DNA of 15,340 nt from Eubacteriales bacterium (GTDB lineage Bacteria > Bacillota > Clostridia > Christensenellales > UBA1750), in the NCBI GenBank assembly GCA_031551255.1, contig JAVBNW010000043.1, positions 1 to 15,340 of the forward strand, written 5' to 3'. The position numbers were made by a program, and so were the translations under genes. The notes below the pieces were generated by a model. The model was not told where the DNA came from and did not search any database. It saw only the letters and a program-made list of their open reading frames with translations. The stretch's first letter is position 1. Every line of letters starts with the position of its first letter. Of the stretch, positions 7,329 through 14,326 are shown in pieces.

Positions 7329-7359
7329 GACATGAGCCGGGCAACAACCGGACATGAGC
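7329..7359 (-). promoter_or_regulatory. Pair of perfect 9-bp direct repeats (GACATGAGC on the plus strand, GCTCATGTC on the coding strand) separated by 13 bp, in the 66-bp spacer between the AgrC-like kinase and the aph gene
   Basis: Repeats at 7329-7337 and 7351-7359 were read directly. The intervening sequence is the palindromic ccgggcaacaaccgg. The geometry of 9-bp repeats with a 12-13 bp spacer is that of LytTR (AgrA/ComE) binding sites. Confidence 0.3.
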
Positions 7360-7361
7360 GG

Positions 7362-8741
7362 CTACGCCTGCTTCAACTCAACAAAAGCGGTTACCTCGTC
7401 GCTGTAAACGTTAAGACGGAATGTACAGTTGTTGTATCGATCGAGTGTTTTGCGGACGTTGTTAAGGCCTATCCCATCATGGCCGTTTTTGCTCGTTGCC
7501 CCGGCGGCAAATACCTTGGTAATATCCAGCGGAAGACGCGAGCTGTTTGTGATGATGATCAGCCTGGAGGCCGGCGTTGTTTGTTCGACAGTAAAGAAAA
7601 CCCGCTTTTGCTCCGACTCACTTGCGGCCTCGATCGCATTGTCCAGCAGGCAGGCGACGGCGCGGCTCAGATGAATTTCATTTATGGGAAGCCCGGCGAG
7701 AGTGCATTTGAGGGATATATCCATCTGCACATCCATCTGCTCCGCCCGGTCGCGCTTGTCGATCAATAGCGAAATCAAGGTCGGGTTTTCGGCGGCGTGG
7801 CGGCTTAGCTCGAGCGTATCCCCCGCCTGCGTCGTGATACCGACAAGGGAAGCATGGTATTTCTTGCATGCCTCAAGATCTCCTGTCGACAGGTAGCCGC
7901 TATAGGTTTGCAAGATATTGTAAAAATCGTGCTTCACCATGCGAAACTCATCGGAGCTTTTAATCAGCGAGTGAATGTAGGCATCTTTATTTCGGTTGTC
8001 GGCCTTTTCGTGCTGATAAAAGTTATACAGAAGCGTGGCTGCGAAAAAGAGCAAGAGAACGGCAAAAATTACGGCATTCGCCACCATGGAGGAGAAAATC
8101 AAAAGCGGCAGCAGCACCACGCAAAGGTAGATAAACAACGCTTTGCAGATAAATATTACCAGATCCTTCTGCGGGGTTGCGAACGAGGATGTCTTTGAAA
8201 CAACCAGCAAGGCGGGATTGCGATCCAGAAAGCGGCATGTGAGCCAGTAGATCGTCAGGGAGATCGCCAGATTTACAAAGTGCCTCGCGCCGTCGAGCAT
8301 ATAGTTGAAACGGGCGGCGTCCTGCACAAACAACAGGGAACCCGCAAGCCTGTTGAGTGCGTGGATCATCATCACATACAAATACACATGTCCCATAAGT
8401 TCGATGGAGCGCTTGGGCGAAAGGCCGAGCGTTTTGATGCCGATGAAGCAATACATAAGGGCGGTAAACGGATTAGGGGTTGCGAACAGAAGATTTTGAA
8501 TTTTCGTAAAGGATGCCATGCCGCCGATATAGTAAATGACGTATACCCGAACGCTTTGCAGGATTGTCCCCGTCAAAAACGCGAACAGCGCCTTTTGCTT
8601 CGCGCTCGCTTCTTCACCATAGATGCGGAGAATCAGTTTTGCAATAAAGTACATTAATATGAAGTTATATACGAACGAAAAGAACATGAGAATAATCTGC
8701 ATTTCGTGCGAATATGCAAAATCTGTAAACAAAATGCGCAT
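7362..8741 (-). CDS. AgrC/ComD-type (HPK10) membrane sensor histidine kinase with GHKL ATPase domain; orphan (no adjacent response regulator)
   Basis: An N-terminal polytopic membrane domain of 6-7 hydrophobic helices is followed by an H-box KHDFYNIL (the HPK10 consensus is RHDYxNHL). The N-box LLDNAIEA is the hallmark of AgrC-like kinases, and the G-box is GHDGIGLNNV. I moved the start to the ATG at 8739-8741 (MRILFTDF...). GC is about 48-50%, lower than the flanks. Confidence 0.8.
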   Translation of the reverse strand: MRILFTDFAYSHEMQIILMFFSFVYNFILMYFIAKLILRIYGEEASAKQKALFAFLTGTILQSVRVYVIYYIGGMASFTKIQNLLFATPNPFTALMYCFIGIKTLGLSPKRSIELMGHVYLYVMMIHALNRLAGSLLFVQDAARFNYMLDGARHFVNLAISLTIYWLTCRFLDRNPALLVVSKTSSFATPQKDLVIFICKALFIYLCVVLLPLLIFSSMVANAVIFAVLLLFFAATLLYNFYQHEKADNRNKDAYIHSLIKSSDEFRMVKHDFYNILQTYSGYLSTGDLEACKKYHASLVGITTQAGDTLELSRHAAENPTLISLLIDKRDRAEQMDVQMDISLKCTLAGLPINEIHLSRAVACLLDNAIEAASESEQKRVFFTVEQTTPASRLIIITNSSRLPLDITKVFAAGATSKNGHDGIGLNNVRKTLDRYNNCTFRLNVYSDEVTAFVELKQA

Positions 8742-8801
8742 CCGACACCCTTCTTTCCTTGGGAGGAAGTAAGCTTTGTTCCATGTGATCAGCAAAGATC
8801 G

Positions 8802-8844
8802 GCAGTGTATTACATAAAGATAAGCCGCACGGCATCACTGCCAT
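8802..8844 (-). terminator. Imperfect 16-bp hairpin (gataagcTgcaTggca / tgccGtgcGgcttatc) followed by a TTTAT tract on the minus strand; likely serA terminator
   Basis: The inverted repeat was read directly. It lies 34 bp downstream of the serA stop. Confidence 0.4.
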
Positions 8845-8877
8845 GCAGCTTATCACAGTATATCGCGTATGTCGAAT

Positions 8878-10044
8878 TTAGCGGATGATTCTCACCTTGA
8901 TGATGCCGTCGATCGCATCCAGCTTTTCCGCGATGTCGGCGGGAGGCTGCTGGTCAAGATCCAGCACCGTATATGCAAGATCGCTGCGCGAGCGGTTGAC
9001 CATATCGGAAATGTTGATGCCGGCGGCCGCCACCCCCGAAGCGATCTGCGAGATCATGTTGGGGATGTTCTTGTGCACCACCGTCACCCTGTGCGCGACG
9101 GGTTCCGAAAGTTCGCACGCGGGCAGGTTGACCGAATTGCGAACCGCGCCCAGCGTTAAAAAGGCGTTTAGCTGCTCGGCGGCCATCCGTGCGCAGTTTT
9201 CCTCGGATTCCGGCGTGGAAGCACCCAGGTGGGGGATGGCGATGACGCCTTTTTGTCCAAGCAGGGTTTCGTTGGGAAAGTCGGTGACATAGGCCCGAAG
9301 GTGCCCGCTCGCCAGCGCATCGAGCACGGCCTGATCCTTAACGATCTCGCCGCGCGAAAAGTTTAAAAGCGTTGCGCCGGGTTTCATCTGGGCGATGTAC
9401 TCGACATCTATCTTGCCGCGCGTTTCCTTGGTAAGCGGCACGTGCAGCGTAAGATAATCCGCCTCGGCCACCATCGCCATCTCCGACGCGGCGCGCTTGA
9501 CCGCACGGGATACCGACCAGGCCGCTTCGATCGTCATATACGGGTCGAAGCCCACCGCGTTCATATGAAGATGCGTAGCCAGCGTGGCGACGGGGCCGCC
9601 AATGGCCCCGAGGCCGAGCACGCCCAGCGTCTTGCCCTCAAGTTCCGGGCCGACGAACTGCCCCTTGCCCTTTTCTACCAGGGCGGGCACCTTGTCACCC
9701 TCGCCCTTGAGTGTTTGCGCCCATGCGATGCCGCCGACGATATCGCGGGTGGCCAGAAGCAGCCCCGCCATTACCAGCTCTTTTACCGCGTTGGCATTCG
9801 CGCCTGGCGAAAAGAATACTGCGACGCCCTGCTCGCTGAGCCGCTCTACCGGCACGTTGTTGTAGCCCACGCCTGCGCGGGCGACGGCGGTGAGCGATGG
9901 GGCGAATTCGCTTGTAAGCATATCGGCGGATCTTACGATGATCGCATCCGGATCGGCGATATTTTTCCCTACCTGATAGCTATCTTGGGGCAACGCGTCG
10001 TACACGATGTCGGAAATTTCGTTCAGCAAGCGTATCTTGAACAT
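8878..10044 (-). CDS. serA: D-3-phosphoglycerate dehydrogenase (2-hydroxyacid dehydrogenase family with a C-terminal ACT domain)
   Basis: The NAD-binding motif is GVLGLGAIGG. The catalytic region is typical of D-isomer-specific 2-hydroxyacid dehydrogenases (RGKIDVEY, HLGASTPES). An ACT-like C-terminus is present. The gene is 12 bp downstream of serC and has a GGGAGA SD. Confidence 0.9.
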   Translation of the reverse strand: MFKIRLLNEISDIVYDALPQDSYQVGKNIADPDAIIVRSADMLTSEFAPSLTAVARAGVGYNNVPVERLSEQGVAVFFSPGANANAVKELVMAGLLLATRDIVGGIAWAQTLKGEGDKVPALVEKGKGQFVGPELEGKTLGVLGLGAIGGPVATLATHLHMNAVGFDPYMTIEAAWSVSRAVKRAASEMAMVAEADYLTLHVPLTKETRGKIDVEYIAQMKPGATLLNFSRGEIVKDQAVLDALASGHLRAYVTDFPNETLLGQKGVIAIPHLGASTPESEENCARMAAEQLNAFLTLGAVRNSVNLPACELSEPVAHRVTVVHKNIPNMISQIASGVAAAGINISDMVNRSRSDLAYTVLDLDQQPPADIAEKLDAIDGIIKVRIIR

Positions 10045-10056
10045 AACCGATCTCCC

Positions 10057-11142
10057 TTATTTGTTGTCGGCTTCGAACGCGCGCATGCCGTCGACCAGCG
10101 CGCGCACGCCCTCGATGGGCATGGCGTTGTACATCGACGCGCGCATGCCGCCCACCGTACGGTAACCCTTGATGTTTTCGATGCCGCGGCCCTTTGAAAA
10201 TTTTACGAACGCCGCATCCAAGTCGGGATTGGGCGCGTGGAACGTCACGTTCATCAGCGAGCGGTCTTCCTTGTTGACGTATGGCGTAAAGAACTTGCTC
10301 TCGTCGAGCGCGGCGTATAAAAGCGCGGCCTTCTCGCGGTTGATCTTGTTTATCTCCTTCACGCCGCCGATGCCCTTGAGCCAGTCGAACACGAGCATGG
10401 AGATGTAGATGCCGTAGGTGCAGGGCGTGTTGTACAAAGAACCCGCCTTGGCCATGGCCGCATAGTCCAACGTCGCAGGCAGCTTAACGGGGTCGGCCTT
10501 GCCGATCAGATCGTCCCTGACGATTACGATCGTCACGCCTGCAATGCCCGCATTTTTCTGCGCGCCGGCGTAGATGAGGCCGAAATCCGATACGTTATAT
10601 TCCTCGGCGAGGATGTTGGAGGACATATCCGCCACCAGCGGCACCAAGCCTGTGTTGGGCAGTTTGGTAAAATGCGTGCCGTAGACGGTGTTGTTCGTCG
10701 TGATATGAAAATAGTCGGCATTTTTATCGAAGGATTGTTCATCCCATGCCGGAATGTATCGATAGCCGTCTTCTTTCGAAGAAGCTACGACGTGCATCTT
10801 CGCAAACTTTTCCGCCTCTTTGATGGCATTGGAAGCGAAGTTGCCCGAATCGATGTAGTCCACGCTGCCCGAGCCCACGGCAAGGTTCATCGCTACCTGG
10901 GCGAACTGCAGCGTGGCCCCGCCCTGCAAGAACAGCACGCGGTAGTTGTCGGGGATGGCCATCAGCTCGCGCAGAGACGCTTCGGCCGCCTTGACGATCT
11001 CCTCGTAAATACCCGAGCGGTGGCTCATCTCCATCACGGACATGCCGGAGGAACCATAGCTGAGCATTTCCTTCTGCGCGCGCTCAAGCACGGGCAGCGG
11101 CAGCATCGAAGGGCCGGGCGAAAAATTGTACACGCGATCCAT
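10057..11142 (-). CDS. serC: Phosphoserine aminotransferase (class V aminotransferase)
   Basis: MDRVYNFSPGPSMLPLPVLERAQKEMLSYGSSGMSVMEMSHRS is a canonical SerC N-terminus. I moved the start to the ATG at 11140-11142, which directly follows an AAGGAGGAAGG SD. The ORF-track start at 11199 adds 19 unlikely codons. Confidence 0.9.
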   Translation of the reverse strand: MDRVYNFSPGPSMLPLPVLERAQKEMLSYGSSGMSVMEMSHRSGIYEEIVKAAEASLRELMAIPDNYRVLFLQGGATLQFAQVAMNLAVGSGSVDYIDSGNFASNAIKEAEKFAKMHVVASSKEDGYRYIPAWDEQSFDKNADYFHITTNNTVYGTHFTKLPNTGLVPLVADMSSNILAEEYNVSDFGLIYAGAQKNAGIAGVTIVIVRDDLIGKADPVKLPATLDYAAMAKAGSLYNTPCTYGIYISMLVFDWLKGIGGVKEINKINREKAALLYAALDESKFFTPYVNKEDRSLMNVTFHAPNPDLDAAFVKFSKGRGIENIKGYRTVGGMRASMYNAMPIEGVRALVDGMRAFEADNK

Positions 11143-11190
11143 AAGCCTTCCTCCTTGACTTTCGCGCTTTCGCGCGAGACGAATGCGTTC

Positions 11191-11219
11191 AGTATACACC
11201 AGGCGAGCGCGCGAAACAA
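11191..11219 (-). promoter_or_regulatory. Candidate serC-serA promoter: -35 TTGTTT, 17-bp spacer, -10 TATACT (minus strand); leader contains a GAAA-tetraloop hairpin
   Basis: On the minus strand the sequence reads TTGTTT-cgcgcgctcgcctggtg-TATACT. The downstream leader ctcgcgcgaaagcgcgaaag forms a 5-6 bp stem with a GNRA loop just before the SD. Confidence 0.35.
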
Positions 11220-11264
11220 CGTGTGTGTTAGATTTTTAACGATGTGTATATTGTGGGGAAGGTC

Positions 11265-11293
11265 TTGATCGGCATGCGGCGTTCCATTACTAT
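11265..11293 (+). promoter_or_regulatory. Candidate promoter for the epimerase gene: -35 TTGATC, 17-bp spacer, -10 TACTAT
   Basis: Read directly. The AT-rich divergent intergenic region 11200-11340 also carries TGTGTATATT at 11243-11252 as an alternative -10. Confidence 0.3.
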
Positions 11294-11340
11294 GTTATAT
11301 GATGAATTATGCATGCCGAGTGAGGAAAGGATGAGGGCAT

Positions 11341-12267
11341 ATGAAAAGGGCGGTCGTCATCGGCGGCAAAGGCAAGGTGGGCAGCTACCTTGTGCCGATG
11401 CTGGTAAAAGAAGGCTATGAGGTAATTAGCGTCGGGCGGGGAGGAACCGAGCCCAAGGTAGCGAGCGAAGCGTGGGATAAGGTGCGCATCTGCGCGTTGG
11501 ATCGCAAAGCGGCGGACTTTGAAGGCGATATCGCAGCGCTTGGCGGCGACGTCGTCGTGGATATGATCTGCTTCCAAAACGAGGACATGCTCAGGCTCGT
11601 GCGCGCGCTGGAGGGCAAGGTTTCCCACTACCTGGTGTGCGGCAGCGCGTGGATACATGGTTACAGCGGCGCGGTGCCGGTGCGGGAGGAAGAGTGCCGC
11701 GACGCATTGGAGGAATACGGAAGGCAAAAAGGCCTGATGGATTACGAACTTGCGCGCCTTGGCGAGCAGAGCGGCTTTCCGGGCACCGCGGTCCATCCGG
11801 GGCATATCGTGTGCCCCGGCGACGTGCCGATCAACCCCCAGGGCTATAAGGGCCTAAAAGCCTTTGAATTGCTCAGGGACGGCGCGCCGGTTTCCCTGCC
11901 CAACTTCGGCATGGAAACGGTGCACCATGTGCACGCCGAAGATGTCGCGGGCGTGTTTCTCGCCGCCATCCGTGCGGGCAAACCGTCGTTTGGGCAGGGC
12001 TTCCATGCGGTATCCCCGCGCGCGGTGACGCTACGCGGCTACGCGATAGAGGTAGCTTCCTGGTACGGCAAGCGGGCGGAGCTCGCCTTCGAGCCGTTCG
12101 ATGCGTGGAAGCGGAATGTGGAGCCCGCTCAGGCTGAGCAGACGCTTTCGCACATCCTACATTCGCCCAGTTGCTCGATGGATAAGGCGAGAGATCTTCT
12201 GGGCTTTGCGCCGGTACACTCTTCGTATGCGGCGGTGCGCGAATGCGTGGCGTCGTTCGGGCTGTAA
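11341..12267 (+). CDS. NAD(P)-dependent epimerase/dehydratase family protein (extended/atypical SDR, Rossmann fold)
   Basis: An N-terminal VIGGKGKVGSYLVPMLVKEGYEV Rossmann motif is present. The length (308 aa) and overall pattern fit NAD-dependent epimerase/dehydratase family proteins. An AGGAAAGGATGAGGG SD lies upstream. Confidence 0.75.
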   Translation: MKRAVVIGGKGKVGSYLVPMLVKEGYEVISVGRGGTEPKVASEAWDKVRICALDRKAADFEGDIAALGGDVVVDMICFQNEDMLRLVRALEGKVSHYLVCGSAWIHGYSGAVPVREEECRDALEEYGRQKGLMDYELARLGEQSGFPGTAVHPGHIVCPGDVPINPQGYKGLKAFELLRDGAPVSLPNFGMETVHHVHAEDVAGVFLAAIRAGKPSFGQGFHAVSPRAVTLRGYAIEVASWYGKRAELAFEPFDAWKRNVEPAQAEQTLSHILHSPSCSMDKARDLLGFAPVHSSYAAVRECVASFGL

Positions 12268-12295
12268 ACGCGTTTGCGGGTTGGTGTGGTTGCCA

Positions 12296-12335
12296 AAGCG
12301 GCGGCCGAATAGACTTCGGCCGCCGCTTCCTATTC
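12296..12335. terminator. Bidirectional terminator between convergent genes: perfect 14-bp stem (aagcggcggccgaa / ttcggccgccgctt), 5-nt loop, T-rich tail on the plus strand
   Basis: Read directly. It sits between the epimerase gene (plus, stop 12267) and the mazG-like gene (minus, stop 12347). Confidence 0.6.
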
Positions 12336-12346
12336 GAATGTATCTT

Positions 12347-12646
12347 TTAGGAAGATCCTATGTCGCCCTTCGCGGCCCATCGACTTTCATACTTATGCAG
12401 GGCGCCGGCCACCGCATCGCCGGCGTCTACGCGCGCGGCGCTCAACAAGAGCAACATGGAAAACAGGCAATCTCCCATTTCATCGGCAAGCGCCGGTGTA
12501 ACGCGAAAATGATCGGCGCCGTATCTCGAACCTTGTAGAATTTCCTTGCCCAGTTCTCCCACTTCCGAAACCAGGTCGATATAGCGACTTTGCACGTCCA
12601 TCTCAAGGCCGTGCCTTTGGGCGAATGTTTCGACTGCTTGTTGCAT
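12347..12646 (-). CDS. MazG-like nucleotide pyrophosphohydrolase domain protein (small single-domain type)
   Basis: EVGELGKEI and EMGDCLFSMLLLLSAA match the EExxE/helix pattern of MazG-family NTP pyrophosphohydrolases. A GGAGG SD lies 6 nt upstream. The gene is 19 bp downstream of uppP on the same strand. Confidence 0.7.
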   Translation of the reverse strand: MQQAVETFAQRHGLEMDVQSRYIDLVSEVGELGKEILQGSRYGADHFRVTPALADEMGDCLFSMLLLLSAARVDAGDAVAGALHKYESRWAAKGDIGSS

Positions 12647-12665
12647 TGCGCGCCTCCATTCTTTT

Positions 12666-13442
12666 CTAAAAAAGGAAGTGCGTGAAAAGCTGATCGAACA
12701 GCACGAGGGCCCCTAGGATGAGCGTGTACACGCCGAACCACTGCAGCTTCGCCTTGCGCACCACGGCCATCATGAAGCGGATGGCGAACAGCCCGGCGAT
12801 GGCCGAAACCAACACGCCTACGATCAGCGGCCCGATGGACAGCGCCTCGGGCAGGCCCCCGACCGCCAAATCCTTCACCTGAAACACCAGCGCGCCGAGA
12901 ATCGCCGGAATCGACATTAAAAACGAAAACCGCGCCGCGCTTTCGCGGTTGAGCCCGGCGATCATGCCCCCGGAAATCGTCGAACCGGAACGAGAAAGCC
13001 CCGGCAACAGCGCGACAGCCTGGAATGCGCCCATGATGCCCGCATCGCGGTAGGTAAGCTCGGTGCGCGTCCCTCGAAACGTGGAGGCAAAGAACAGCAC
13101 AACCGTCGTAAGAAGAAACGATACCCCCAGCAGCGCGCCGGAGAAGATCGCATCTAGCCAATCCCCCAGAAGCAGGGTGACGACGACCGCGGGGATGGTC
13201 GCCACCACCAGAAGGCGCACATCTTTTCCCAAAGGATGGCGCAGCATCGCCAGAATATCCCGCCAGAAGTACAGGCAAACCGCGATCAGCGTACCGACGT
13301 GCAGCATGGTATCCAGCAAAAGCCCCGGGCTTTGTATGCCCAGCAGGCGTTCAAACAGCGCCAGATGGCCCGACGAGCTTATCGGCAAAAACTCGCATAG
13401 CCCCTGTACGAGCCCTAGTACGATCGCTTCCCAAACGGACAT
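12666..13442 (-). CDS. uppP: Undecaprenyl-diphosphatase (BacA/UppP)
   Basis: MSVWEAIVLGLVQGLCEFLPISSSGHL is the hallmark UppP N-terminus. The protein is polytopic, and a GGGAGG SD lies 7 nt upstream of the ATG. Confidence 0.92.
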   Translation of the reverse strand: MSVWEAIVLGLVQGLCEFLPISSSGHLALFERLLGIQSPGLLLDTMLHVGTLIAVCLYFWRDILAMLRHPLGKDVRLLVVATIPAVVVTLLLGDWLDAIFSGALLGVSFLLTTVVLFFASTFRGTRTELTYRDAGIMGAFQAVALLPGLSRSGSTISGGMIAGLNRESAARFSFLMSIPAILGALVFQVKDLAVGGLPEALSIGPLIVGVLVSAIAGLFAIRFMMAVVRKAKLQWFGVYTLILGALVLFDQLFTHFLF

Positions 13443-13494
13443 GGCGAAACCTCCCTTGACGTTCCCTGTTTCCTATGCAAAACTGAGTTGCAAT

Positions 13495-13503
13495 AGTATA
13501 GCA
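13495..13503 (-). promoter_or_regulatory. Extended -10 element TGcTATACT (minus strand) upstream of uppP
   Basis: Read as aTGcTATACT on the minus strand, about 45 nt upstream of the uppP SD. No good -35 is present, which is consistent with an extended -10 promoter. Confidence 0.3.
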
Positions 13504-13548
13504 TGGAATGAGGGATCGGCGATAGGACTGTACGATGCCGCCAAGGAA

Positions 13549-14262
13549 ATGGTGGAGCGGACGCACGTCAAGGCGCAAATGCTGGTGGCGCGCGGCACCA
13601 CGCAGAGGGTGTTTGTGCTGTATTTGGAGCGGCTGCTTGGGCTCATTGACGGGGCGCTTGCCCTTTTATACGGCCAGGAGCCTACGCCCTCGGCGATTCT
13701 GACCCGTAGTGCGCTCGAGTGCTATGTGGATATTGTTAATTTATCGCGCGACGGGGATGATTATTTGCTCGTTCTCAAGGCGATGCTGCTGGAGAACCGA
13801 TCCTCGATCTTTCACTTCAAAACCGCCGAGCTCTACGATCATTTTGTCGAAGATTTGGGTGAGGGCGGCGCGATAAAGATGGGCAAGCGAATCGCCGAAC
13901 AGTTTAAGGGAACCCTTAAAAAAGCTTCCGACCGCTACCCGATTTTGCGCTACCAGGCGCGCAATCTGACGGTTTTGAACCGCTTTCGCATCGCGGATAT
14001 GGAAAACCGCTATCACGCCGCCTATACCTGGCTTTCCATGCTGGCGCATAATGCGCTGGAACCCTTGCTCATTGATGACGGCATGCGCCGCGCCGGAGAG
14101 GGCGCGGATGTGGCGCAGGACGGCGTGGAGCAGGCGGCGGTTTTGCATATCATTATGGAAATGCTGGTGGATACCCTCAAATGCATCGAAACGCTCTTTG
14201 GCAAGGATGAGGCGTTTACCCGCCAGTTTCTCGCGCTGCTGGAGCAGGTGCCGCAAGCATAA
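13549..14262 (+). CDS. Hypothetical all-alpha-helical protein (about 238 aa), no recognisable family
   Basis: The plus-frame translation has protein-like composition and high GC3. It is divergent from uppP. The start is uncertain: the ATG at 13549 has its SD too close, and the ATG at 13579 has only a weak AAGG SD. The ORF-track extension to 13063 runs antisense through uppP and is rejected. The overlapping minus ORF 13741..14361 is Arg-rich and junk-like. Confidence 0.5.
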   Translation: MVERTHVKAQMLVARGTTQRVFVLYLERLLGLIDGALALLYGQEPTPSAILTRSALECYVDIVNLSRDGDDYLLVLKAMLLENRSSIFHFKTAELYDHFVEDLGEGGAIKMGKRIAEQFKGTLKKASDRYPILRYQARNLTVLNRFRIADMENRYHAAYTWLSMLAHNALEPLLIDDGMRRAGEGADVAQDGVEQAAVLHIIMEMLVDTLKCIETLFGKDEAFTRQFLALLEQVPQA

Positions 14263-14326
14263 GACCGCCCCGCGCAAGATGCGCAGGGCGGAGATGGATG
14301 TCGAACGACGGACCTGGGCAGGGCGG

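Noticed and set aside
12442-13278. 278-aa minus ORF in another frame overlapping uppP
   Set aside because: It is an Arg/Gly-rich off-frame artefact. The uppP frame has the canonical BacA N-terminus.
13063-13548. Upstream extension of the hypothetical gene (ORF track start 13063), including an ATG at 13441
   Set aside because: It is antisense to the whole 5' half of uppP, and the ATG at 13441 is merely the complement-overlap of the uppP start (acATGg). The translation is Ser/Thr/Arg-rich and junk-like.
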